Below are positions 19,043 to 27,213 of a stretch of 64,000 nucleotides of DNA, in pieces. Under the pieces are notes generated by a model. It was given only the letters and a program-made list of their open reading frames with translations, did no database searches and was not told where the DNA came from. Position 1 is the first letter of the stretch. Each line of letters opens with the position of its first letter. The stretch is from a virus (taxonomy: Duplodnaviria > Caudoviricetes): the IMG/VR virus record IMGVR_UViG_3300031993_000007; one strand, given 5' to 3'. Both the position numbers and the translations under genes were made by a program.

Positions 19043-19363
19043 TTACTTCTTCTTGGTAAGGGCTTCACGAAGAGCCTTACCGCCACGGAAGCACACAACA
19101 CGAGTAGCCGGAATGGGTACCTTTTCACCAGTACGGGGATTCTGGCCCTGACGAGCTGCACGTTCAGAGACACGGAAGGTGCCGAGGCCGTCAATACGAA
19201 CCTGACCTTTTTCCTGAAGCATTTCAACGATGCAGTCCTTCACGGAAGCAACGATGACCTTCGCATCTTTCTTGGTGGCGGAGACAGCCTTGGACACACG
19301 ATCAACGAGATCCAAGCTGGAGAAGTAAGCCTTGTCTGTAGTCTTTTTCTTGTTATTAGACAT
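19043..19363 (-). CDS. hup: HU/IHF-family DNA-binding protein
   Basis: VRIDGLGTFRVSERAARQGQNPRTGEKVPIPATRVVCFRGGKALRE. Confidence 0.95.
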   Translation of the reverse strand: MSNNKKKTTDKAYFSSLDLVDRVSKAVSATKKDAKVIVASVKDCIVEMLQEKGQVRIDGLGTFRVSERAARQGQNPRTGEKVPIPATRVVCFRGGKALREALTKKK

Positions 19364-19400
19364 GGTGGGATCCTTTTGGTTATGGGCCGAAGCCCGGTTT

Positions 19401-19412
19401 CATTATAAAGTT
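19401..19412 (-). promoter_or_regulatory. Putative late promoter AACTTTATAATG
   Basis: Upstream of HU; leader has GGGC-TTCG-GCCC hairpin. Confidence 0.5.
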
Positions 19413-19454
19413 AGGTGAGAACTAGCTAAAATACACCAAAATTGAAATCTGGTT

Positions 19455-19461
19455 TATATTA
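19455..19461 (+). promoter_or_regulatory. Early promoter TATATTA (plus a late-type motif at 19508-19519)
   Basis: Plus-strand copy of the cassette motif, upstream of the RNAP beta piece. Confidence 0.55.
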
Positions 19462-19544
19462 AGCATTGAACAGGAAATTTAAAAGTTTCTGTTGTCCTGT
19501 CTTGGACAACTAGAAATTACTAATTTTCGCAACCCAGAGGTAAA

Positions 19545-21053
19545 ATGGAAACAGCAACAGAAGAAGTAGCTGATCAGCTATTAGTTGAGCAGTGGTATGA
19601 AAGATATCAAGGAGCGAATCCGGAAAAATTCAATGAAGCCTTCATTTACAATAAAGGTAGTTCAGAGAATATGAAGGATATCATCGCTCACGTCTCCAAA
19701 GCAATGGAAAGTACTGGACACGTTAAGTATCTGGACTGCACCATTGAAGAAGATGAAAGCAAATTCTCCGATATTCATAAGATCGAAGAGTCTCGTCTGT
19801 ACGAGGCTACGATCCGCTTCAAGATATTCTGTGTCGAAGACGGCAAAAATTATCAAGAAGAGGAGGTGTCAATTAAATTGTTATTGCCGAGAGTAATTAA
19901 CAATTTCTTCTTCAAGATCAACGGTATTATGTACTATGCAATCTACCAAATGATTGATCGAGGTACCTATGCTGTTGGCAATAATACGATTGGCTTGAAA
20001 ACCATGCTTATGCCATTCGTGATTCGCCGGAAGGAAGAAATTTTCAGAGACACTGAAGGCACAGAGTATCGAAATAGAGTTATGGAACTCGACGTGTTCC
20101 GTAGGTCTGTGAACATCATGCTGTATTACATCAGCGACGGTGGATGGGACCAGACTATGAGGTTCTTTGGAGCTGACCAGTTCGTGAGTGTTATAGACCA
20201 AAAACCTACCGAAGAAGATTTAGAACAGTTTGCGTATTTTGAAGTTGGAAAGAAATTCTGGTTCAAGGCTAGTAGAGAATTTTTGGCTACTGACAAGTGG
20301 CTATCTGGGTGTTTAATCTCTCTCCTCTCTAAAGCTAGATTTGAAAGCCTTGACGATCTTTCTAAACCTGAGTTCTGGAACTTCCAGCTTGGTAAGATCT
20401 ACACGACTACCAAAGAGCAAGCCATCAATAAGGCAGACAAGATTCATACTTCAGTTCGAAGAATCTTGGATGGATGCACCAGTGATAATATGGTTCACGT
20501 TCTGCCGAAAGATAAGAAAAGCATTTATCATCTCTTCAGGTGGATCTTGTGGTTCTATGACGATCTGATTCGTGAAGATAACATGGACATCAAGAACAAG
20601 AGACTCCGTCTGAACGAGTATGTGCTGTATCCGTTTATCAAGAAACTCAGCACAGAAACGTATCGTTGCTTGAATACTCGAAAAATTACGATGAAGATTC
20701 TCAGGAGTATGTTCAGCAACATCAAACCCAATATCTGCTTAAAGCAGCTTGTCACTAATGAACTTCTGCGTTTCGCAAACGGCGTAAACGGAATTGAGCT
20801 CTTTAGTGCTGCTATGAAGATCACCCAAGCTGGCCCTCAAGGCTTGACCAATCGAGACAATGTGCCGATGAGATATCGTGGCATTCACGACTCGTATGTA
20901 GGTGTCCTTGACTTGGCATTCAGTTCTGCTGATGACCCAGGTATTACCGCTAGCTTGGTTCCATTTGTAAAAACCGACGGGTTGTTCTTTGATCGCACTG
21001 TAAAGTATGTGACTCCAGAACTTCCTGAAGTGTTCATCCCAATCGGAAAGTGA
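19545..21053 (+). CDS. Phage multisubunit RNAP, beta N-terminal subunit (probably non-virion RNAP)
   Basis: [23 protein letters not shown] resembles RpoB [32 protein letters not shown] resembles DHLGNRRIR; GPQGL...RGIHDSYVG resembles GPGGL...RDVHPTHYG. Confidence 0.88.
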   Translation: [502 protein letters not shown]

Positions 21054-21059
21054 AGAAAT

Positions 21060-21083
21060 CCGGATTCCCTAAAAGGAATCCGG
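21060..21083. terminator. Bidirectional terminator
   Basis: CCGGATTCC-ctaaaa-GGAATCCGG. Confidence 0.75.
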
Positions 21084-21088
21084 TTCTT

Positions 21089-21361
21089 TTATTTTTTGTC
21101 CGCTTCGGCTAATTCTATAGCCTTTAGCATAGCGGCTCTGCAACGTTGACAACGGGTTTGTTCCTTACGTTCTTGGTCGGAACCTCCCATTCCAAATCTG
21201 GAACAATTCCAGCATTTGTCTATAATCTTTGCAGTATCACGGTTATACCTAGCAGCATTTTCATAATGCTTGGCGGATTCGTTGTAGCTACTTCCGTGAG
21301 TTACACCTGCGTATATGGGATTTAGTGGCCTTGCTAGGGCTTCAGCATCTGATGGACTCAT
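21089..21361 (-). CDS. Small Zn-finger-like protein
   Basis: CWNC...CQRC. Confidence 0.65.
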   Translation of the reverse strand: MSPSDAEALARPLNPIYAGVTHGSSYNESAKHYENAARYNRDTAKIIDKCWNCSRFGMGGSDQERKEQTRCQRCRAAMLKAIELAEADKK

Positions 21362-22415
21362 GAGACAACCGTGTGTTTAATTTTGTGGCGGCTATGGATA
21401 CAGCCAACACGGTTGTGTCCATCTTAAAGACAGGTTTGAATTCAATGAATCCTTCAGAGTTTACCTTCGGATCCATCACTAGCTGCGACTCTTGGTCACT
21501 AATCCTGACAAGATACACGTCATGATTCAACAAGTTAATCATCGCCTTGAAGAACTCTTCGGAACATAGATCTTTGATCATTTCACAACGAGATTTCAAA
21601 GTCGTAATGAACGGCATGTCATTCAGAGTAGTCTTCGTTGGATCCACAAGGTCTCCTTGTAGGCGAAGGTTGCTCCCGTTATCTCTCCAGATCTGATTGA
21701 TCTTGTTAATAACAGCAGAGTATTCGCACGAAAGGTTATCTGCGGTAATGGCTGCTCCGTTAAGCTTCTTCTTGAACATGTTGCTCTTGTAGTAAGCTGT
21801 AAAGTACCTATCCTCATCTAGGAGTTTGTACCTAATTCCCAATCCGATAGACTGCACTTCACCTTCGTAAAACGGTTCGTTTTTCTCATTCAACGGAACA
21901 AGCTCGATATTCACGAGCACATCATTGCCAAACCTCTCGTACAGATTGTTTATCTTCTGGCAAGCATGAGCAATCTCTTTTGTGGCTTTTGCACTTAGAG
22001 CTAATTCAGTACGCTCAAGACCCGAAAGGCTTGTAGAACGCCCGTCTCCGGCAGGTTTATAAAACTCTACGGCAATAACCAGATTGTAAGAGTTGTCTAG
22101 CTTTATCCTAAGGGAATGAGCTGCACATCCCCGACAGTTCAAGAAATTTCGTTGAAACCGCTTTTCGCCTTCAAAAATATGATGATACGCACTTAATTCA
22201 TGAAAGGCCTCAAAGATGTAATGGAATTTGTTCGTTGGTTCTTTGGACTTTTCGAACAGATAGAATATCTGTTCATCTACAGATTTGCCTCTGAGTTTTT
22301 CAAGGCATTTCTTAGGATCGTACGGATCTTCTTCAGGTTTGGTTTCAACTCCATAAACCAGAAGTGCAAACCATTTAGCAATGGTCTTGATTGTAGTGCT
22401 GAGAAATTTTTTCAT
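21342..22415 (-). CDS. Hypothetical protein
   Basis: 357 aa, SD AAGGA. Confidence 0.8.
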   Translation of the reverse strand: MKKFLSTTIKTIAKWFALLVYGVETKPEEDPYDPKKCLEKLRGKSVDEQIFYLFEKSKEPTNKFHYIFEAFHELSAYHHIFEGEKRFQRNFLNCRGCAAHSLRIKLDNSYNLVIAVEFYKPAGDGRSTSLSGLERTELALSAKATKEIAHACQKINNLYERFGNDVLVNIELVPLNEKNEPFYEGEVQSIGLGIRYKLLDEDRYFTAYYKSNMFKKKLNGAAITADNLSCEYSAVINKINQIWRDNGSNLRLQGDLVDPTKTTLNDMPFITTLKSRCEMIKDLCSEEFFKAMINLLNHDVYLVRISDQESQLVMDPKVNSEGFIEFKPVFKMDTTVLAVSIAATKLNTRLSHESIRC

Positions 22416-22544
22416 GGTGGGTTTCCTTGTGGGTTATCCGTAAAAGACGGACTTTTGCAATAGATCGTTACGAAAGTCTGAATATTGCACAGTAGAGTTC
22501 GGCGACGAAAAGTGTACACTTCCTAGGTGATTCCTAGCTTTCGG

Positions 22545-22712
22545 TTCTACCCTTTCTCCCTCTCTTCTCTTCTCTCCCCTTAAACCCCTCTTATTACTAC
22601 ACTTACTCATACCCCTCTCCGGCGGACGTTCCGTCCGCCAACCATGATAGTAGGAAAAAAAAGAAAAATATATTCTTTTTTCTTAAATTTAATTTTAATT
22701 TTATAGTATATA
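22545..22712. other. Origin-like intergenic element (G-free tract, mirror repeat, GC hairpin, AT-rich block)
   Basis: No G on plus strand 22545-22620; perfect pyrimidine mirror repeat 22558-22578; hairpin 22621-22639; AT-rich about 22655-22712. Confidence 0.4.
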
Positions 22713-22723
22713 GTGTTGATTTA

Positions 22724-22735
22724 AACACTTCATTG
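22724..22735 (+). promoter_or_regulatory. Putative late-type promoter AACACTTCATTG
   Basis: AACA-N6-TG, about 20 nt before ATG 22754. Confidence 0.5.
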
Positions 22736-22753
22736 AAATTTATTAGAGGATTT

Positions 22754-23932
22754 ATGCCAAGTCAATGTTTTATAGAATTGGAACCTTATATCGTAAAAGG
22801 TTTAAATGACAAAGACAATCAGAAATTGTTAGAAGCTCATGTCAAAAAGTATCTAGGAGATAACGCTCCTATATTGGCTAAAGCTGATCTTCATGAATGT
22901 CCAGGATTTAGTAGAGAAGCAGACCAAGGCATTATGTTTGAATGTATGGGAACTTCCAGAGCTCAATTTGCAGATGTTCTAAAGAGAACTACCAACCGTG
23001 ATGTTAGAACTGGATGGAGAATGTTCCAGAATGAAATGTATCTAGCTTGTACTATGGCAGTACGTTTCTTTATCAAGACTAACAACAAGAGGATGGCAGA
23101 ACTCATCAGCATCTTCTTTGGAGTATGGCTCTATTCTAGTTTGCATCGTAAGTACTGGGAATTCGGTAACAACGAAGCTGCAATGGCATATACCATCAAC
23201 AACTTGAGCAATAAATTTGACCTCAAAAAATTTGGAAGCGTTATAGCCGTTTTGAAAAAGATTTCTGATTCTAACTTAGCTAATGCTAAGTCTAGACTGC
23301 TCAGCAAGAGCGATGACGACATTTTTGTGTATGCTCGAGACTATCGCACAAGATGCAACAGCTTCATCAAGAACATCGCTAAAGAGTACTATGACAACCT
23401 TCAGAACGGTCGATACATGGTTGTAGACAAGACTACAAACCTTGACGAAGAGGGTGAAGAGTATGCCGTGGAACGTACATCTGACAGCGGAGCTATATTC
23501 TCAGCTTCTGAGAGCTTTGAAATCTGGTTCATGACTAACAGACTTAACGAGCGCTTGCTACGAACCATTTCTAGCCTTACCCCAGAAATTAGCCCTGCTA
23601 AGCTGGCTAATACTCTTAACAGCATCAAGGCTGATAACAATGGCCGGATCCGAAAGGTGCTGGCCGGAATGCTTGGATCCCTGATGGAAGTCCAGAAAGA
23701 TAATAGCCTTAGAGCTATCCACTCTAGGGAGTTTCCAATTTTCTGTGTTCGCATTCTCTCTAAGAGCAACAGTAAGAATGAACTAGTTATCGAAATGAAG
23801 AAGTCAGTAGACGGCCTTCTAAATGATTACTGTGAGACATTCCGAAAGACTAAGCGTGAAGCCTCCAAGATCAATTACCGTAAGGCTCTGGTTTTGTATT
23901 TCGCTATGGCTCTTCAGATTCAGCGCAAGTAG
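22754..23932 (+). CDS. Probable sigma-like promoter-specificity subunit of non-virion RNAP (phiKZ gp68 / AR9 gp226 type)
   Basis: All-alpha 392 aa; LYSSLHRKYW...YTINNLSNKFDLKKFGS...DDD...D.RTR.NS..KNI..EYY matches my recollection of this family; near the RNAP beta piece. Confidence 0.6.
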   Translation: MPSQCFIELEPYIVKGLNDKDNQKLLEAHVKKYLGDNAPILAKADLHECPGFSREADQGIMFECMGTSRAQFADVLKRTTNRDVRTGWRMFQNEMYLACTMAVRFFIKTNNKRMAELISIFFGVWLYSSLHRKYWEFGNNEAAMAYTINNLSNKFDLKKFGSVIAVLKKISDSNLANAKSRLLSKSDDDIFVYARDYRTRCNSFIKNIAKEYYDNLQNGRYMVVDKTTNLDEEGEEYAVERTSDSGAIFSASESFEIWFMTNRLNERLLRTISSLTPEISPAKLANTLNSIKADNNGRIRKVLAGMLGSLMEVQKDNSLRAIHSREFPIFCVRILSKSNSKNELVIEMKKSVDGLLNDYCETFRKTKREASKINYRKALVLYFAMALQIQRK

Positions 23933-23960
23933 TTCAATTTCAAGATCTTCTATGTGGCCA

Positions 23961-23972
23961 AACACTAATTTG
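23961..23972 (+). promoter_or_regulatory. Putative late-type promoter AACACTAATTTG
   Basis: AACA-N6-TG upstream of 23995. Confidence 0.4.
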
Positions 23973-23994
23973 AATTAGCTACTGCGAGAGACAC

Positions 23995-24285
23995 ATGAAA
24001 TTCATATTCAGCCCACCTGAGATTGAACACAAGCAAGATGCACCATTAGCAATTACAGAGGTTTTAAAGGAAGAGTCAAGTATGACAGCAGGCATACTTA
24101 GCAAGGTAGTCACTGGAATCTATCTCTTCCCTAACAAAGACCATACAGAGTGGAGATTCGTAAATCTCAAGAAAGGTCATATAAGCAACTGTAGTTTTCC
24201 ATCTAGAGCAGATGCTATAGAAGACCTTAAGAAGAACTACTCTGATCGAATTGAAATGGTAAGATTCAAGAACGTACTCGCATGA
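23995..24285 (+). CDS. Hypothetical protein
   Basis: 96 aa, followed by hairpin. Confidence 0.7.
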   Translation: MKFIFSPPEIEHKQDAPLAITEVLKEESSMTAGILSKVVTGIYLFPNKDHTEWRFVNLKKGHISNCSFPSRADAIEDLKKNYSDRIEMVRFKNVLA

Positions 24286-24511
24286 AAATAGGCTCCTGGC
24301 CCATTCGAGCCAGGAGCGCACCCACCATTGAAGGAGCCATTCGGCACCTCATCAAAAAGTTTTTCATGAATTATAGTTAAAACTCGAAACTTTGAAAGCC
24401 CTTTTACACAAGCGAATTCCAAAAAATAAAATCAAGCCAGAATCAAAGATATGAAAGATCTTCTTAGCTTGTAAGCATTTAATAAATAATGCTCGCAACC
24501 AAGGAGATTCT

Positions 24512-25501
24512 ATGAGCGACGTTTTTTATGCAGCAATAATGCACGGAAAGGAACCGGGTAGGTTTCTTCCAGGAAAAGGAAAGAGATTTAAAGGCGGCAC
24601 CCGTACGGATCCGCAGATCAATTTCAGTATTAACAAGAACAGAAACAGAGACATTTTTGGTGTACATGATACGGATATCATCCTTGATGATCCGTTTATG
24701 TTGAAGTTATTTAATAGCAAGACATTCTCGGTCGCCGATCGAGAATTGATGTTCGAATTTGAGAAGAATGACGACGGAAAGTTTGTAGCTACCGGACTTC
24801 CATTTTCTGAAAGTGCTGGAGCTTGGATAGATGACATTTGTTATCTTCATGCGTTTGACGATTTCTCTCCAGCAGAGATGCTTGTTTTAGATTTTAGAAG
24901 CTCTGTTGGAGCGTATCGAAAAGAGACGTTGGAGGGATTCAATTTCAAAATTGGATTTCACTCCTATTATTCTGATCAAACGCAACCAGCCCATTTTAAG
25001 GGAACAGAAGAATTATCTCTTGAAGATCGAACAAAGTGGTCCGAAAAGTCCTTCTTTGATTTCTGGCAATCTGCTATGGCTCCAGAAGTTTGGAAGGGAA
25101 TTTCTACCAAAGATTTGTACATATACAGCGCTACAAAGCCTGAATTAAGCTTGTACCACATGGCCATGAAGGCTAACCCGGTAATCTCTCCGAAATGGGA
25201 AGATGAAATGCTTAAGACATCTTTTCATAATATGGTACATTGGTACAAGATGAGCGTCGAATACCATCCTGCAAGGGTTCCAATCCTTGACAAGCTTATT
25301 GGAGAAATCAGAACTGCTAACACAAGATTTTCCAAGTTCGTTAATAACAACATCATCGACATTATGAACCTCTGGAACAAGCTTGATCATAGCCAGAATA
25401 ATGATGGAAAGATTGGTTCTTCGCCATATACATGGTTCGGAAGCTATTGTTATTATAATGAGCCATTTATTGAAACATTGATCAAAAGCTTTATGCAGTA
25501 G
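24512..25501 (+). CDS. Hypothetical protein, paralog of next gene
   Basis: Shared G..FLPG...RF.G, KLF, EFEK, ATGLP..ESA, DLYIYS, SLYH. Confidence 0.8.
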   Translation: MSDVFYAAIMHGKEPGRFLPGKGKRFKGGTRTDPQINFSINKNRNRDIFGVHDTDIILDDPFMLKLFNSKTFSVADRELMFEFEKNDDGKFVATGLPFSESAGAWIDDICYLHAFDDFSPAEMLVLDFRSSVGAYRKETLEGFNFKIGFHSYYSDQTQPAHFKGTEELSLEDRTKWSEKSFFDFWQSAMAPEVWKGISTKDLYIYSATKPELSLYHMAMKANPVISPKWEDEMLKTSFHNMVHWYKMSVEYHPARVPILDKLIGEIRTANTRFSKFVNNNIIDIMNLWNKLDHSQNNDGKIGSSPYTWFGSYCYYNEPFIETLIKSFMQ

Positions 25502-25506
25502 GAGCA

Positions 25507-26445
25507 ATGATGGATATTCCTGAATATTACTTCTGCGGTATCAAGAGAGGTATAAGATATCCGTTTATCCCCGGTAATAATTATGGAAACCGTTTTACTG
25601 GGGAAAAGAAGGACGGTTCTTCTACCTTACGAATGAGTCCTAAACTTCGAGAAAATCCAAAAGATTCTACTATTGACGTATTTCCAAATCAGATTGTCGT
25701 AGAAGACAATCTGATTTCTAAGTTGTTTGACATTAGCCGGGATGACTGCGACAAGGCTATTGGAGTCTTCTTGGAATTCTCTAAAGAAGGAGAGACCTTT
25801 AGAGCCGTTGGAATGCCAATAGTAGAAGCTGGGAATTCTTATCTGAGCATAGCTGAATTTCTCTGGCCTATGTTCGGCGTAGATTTTGAGTTTGCTTTGG
25901 CATGTATGATCGGCAAAGCGAACAAATACTACAAACAGACTTTGAAAGGTAACATAATCTTCAAAGGAGACGAAATCTTCGGTGAAGAACTTCAGGAAGA
26001 AATAAAGACCATTCTAGAGCCTACAAGCATCTGGAATAGACATATCAGTGACCTCTATGTCTATAGTTCCAGACCTTCTCAAGAGATTTATAGCCTCTAT
26101 CATATTATCAAAGAAAAAGCTAAGGATCCTAATTGGGAACTCGTAAAGCAGAGAATTTGGAAGATAATCCTTGGAAAAGTATGCGAGAAATTTGTCGGTG
26201 ACTACGTCAGTATTCATCACTATCGGACTAGAGGAGCCGCATTCTTAGACAGATTCAACAAGAATATTTCCAGAATTCGAGACAGGTCTATCGACTTCTA
26301 TAATACGACTATGGCTAATATCGATACCATCATGGAATATGCTTGTACTGGAATGCCTTGTCCAGCGAGTTATCGTGATAAAGATAAGTGGGCAAATCCT
26401 TCCAAAGAATTCTTTAAGGATCTAAGTCGAATTCTCTTACAATAA
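25507..26445 (+). CDS. Hypothetical protein, paralog of previous gene
   Basis: FIPG...RFTG, KLF, EFSK, AVGMP..EAG, DLYVYS, SLYH. Confidence 0.8.
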   Translation: MMDIPEYYFCGIKRGIRYPFIPGNNYGNRFTGEKKDGSSTLRMSPKLRENPKDSTIDVFPNQIVVEDNLISKLFDISRDDCDKAIGVFLEFSKEGETFRAVGMPIVEAGNSYLSIAEFLWPMFGVDFEFALACMIGKANKYYKQTLKGNIIFKGDEIFGEELQEEIKTILEPTSIWNRHISDLYVYSSRPSQEIYSLYHIIKEKAKDPNWELVKQRIWKIILGKVCEKFVGDYVSIHHYRTRGAAFLDRFNKNISRIRDRSIDFYNTTMANIDTIMEYACTGMPCPASYRDKDKWANPSKEFFKDLSRILLQ

Positions 26446-26447
26446 AA

Positions 26448-26484
26448 AAGAAAGCCTTACCTTGCGGTAGGGACTTTCTTTTTT
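26448..26484. terminator. Bidirectional terminator
   Basis: AAGAAAG..TACC-ttgc-GGTA..CTTTCTT with A/T flanks between convergent genes. Confidence 0.7.
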
Positions 26485-26498
26485 TGGCCACTTTACTG

Positions 26499-26765
26499 CT
26501 AGTTGAAAATTCGTTCAATTTCATTGCAGTTGATGGTCAATCTTCTATAGGTTATCTGAATTCCGTTACATATCGAATGCCGCTCACTCACAAATATGAT
26601 AAAATCTCCGTGAAAGTGCATTTCTTCGACGTTCTTAATATCCAAACTTGTTCCATTTCGAAATAGAATGGTTCCTGTAAAACGGCGATATTCCCCGAAA
26701 ATCTTGTAAGATTTGTCACGGAAGTGGAAAATGATATCGTACAGACACTTAAGAAGCTTTTTCAT
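26499..26765 (-). CDS. Hypothetical protein
   Basis: GGAGG before ATG 26765 (alternative start 26837). Confidence 0.6.
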   Translation of the reverse strand: MKKLLKCLYDIIFHFRDKSYKIFGEYRRFTGTILFRNGTSLDIKNVEEMHFHGDFIIFVSERHSICNGIQITYRRLTINCNEIERIFN

Positions 26766-26888
26766 AATGTACCTCCAAGTACTATGAACAGATGCGACAC
26801 TGCACCTGAGACGAATCTTTTTTTCTAGTTCGTCCATAGTTTAATACAGGGGATATAGACAAAATTTTACGGATCTTAGAAAAAATAA

Positions 26889-26908
26889 AGGGTGGCAAAA
26901 GCCACCCT
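26889..26908 (-). terminator. Intrinsic terminator
   Basis: AGGGTGGC-aaaa-GCCACCCT plus T-run. Confidence 0.75.
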
Positions 26909-26915
26909 GAACTTA

Positions 26916-27212
26916 TCACGCTGGAGGTAAGCAGTGTGATAAGAATGTTATGAAGCAGGCAATGCCAAAGATAATAAATCCTGCCATAACGATGCCACAG
27001 GAGATAAAAGAGAGGTTGAGCTCCCGGTGCGTTTCGTTTCCATTTTCATCTAGATAAATGTCTGTACAGATGAATGGAGATAAAATCCACTTAAATGGAT
27101 TATGACCTTTCGGCTTAATGAAGACACGAATAGTTCTTTCACATCCCATTTGTCCAGTGATAAGAATCATGTTCGTATCAATTTGATGAGTTTCTTGAAA
27201 GCCGAAATTCAT
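26916..27212 (-). CDS. Small membrane protein
   Basis: C-terminal hydrophobic helix; start ATG 27212. Confidence 0.65.
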   Translation of the reverse strand: MNFGFQETHQIDTNMILITGQMGCERTIRVFIKPKGHNPFKWILSPFICTDIYLDENGNETHRELNLSFISCGIVMAGFIIFGIACFITFLSHCLPPA

Positions 27213-27213
27213 A

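Noticed and set aside
24290-24350. tRNA-like sequence (TTCGAGCC ... CACCA)
   Set aside because: Cannot be folded as a cloverleaf; two simple hairpins after a stop codon. No tRNA recognised elsewhere in the window.
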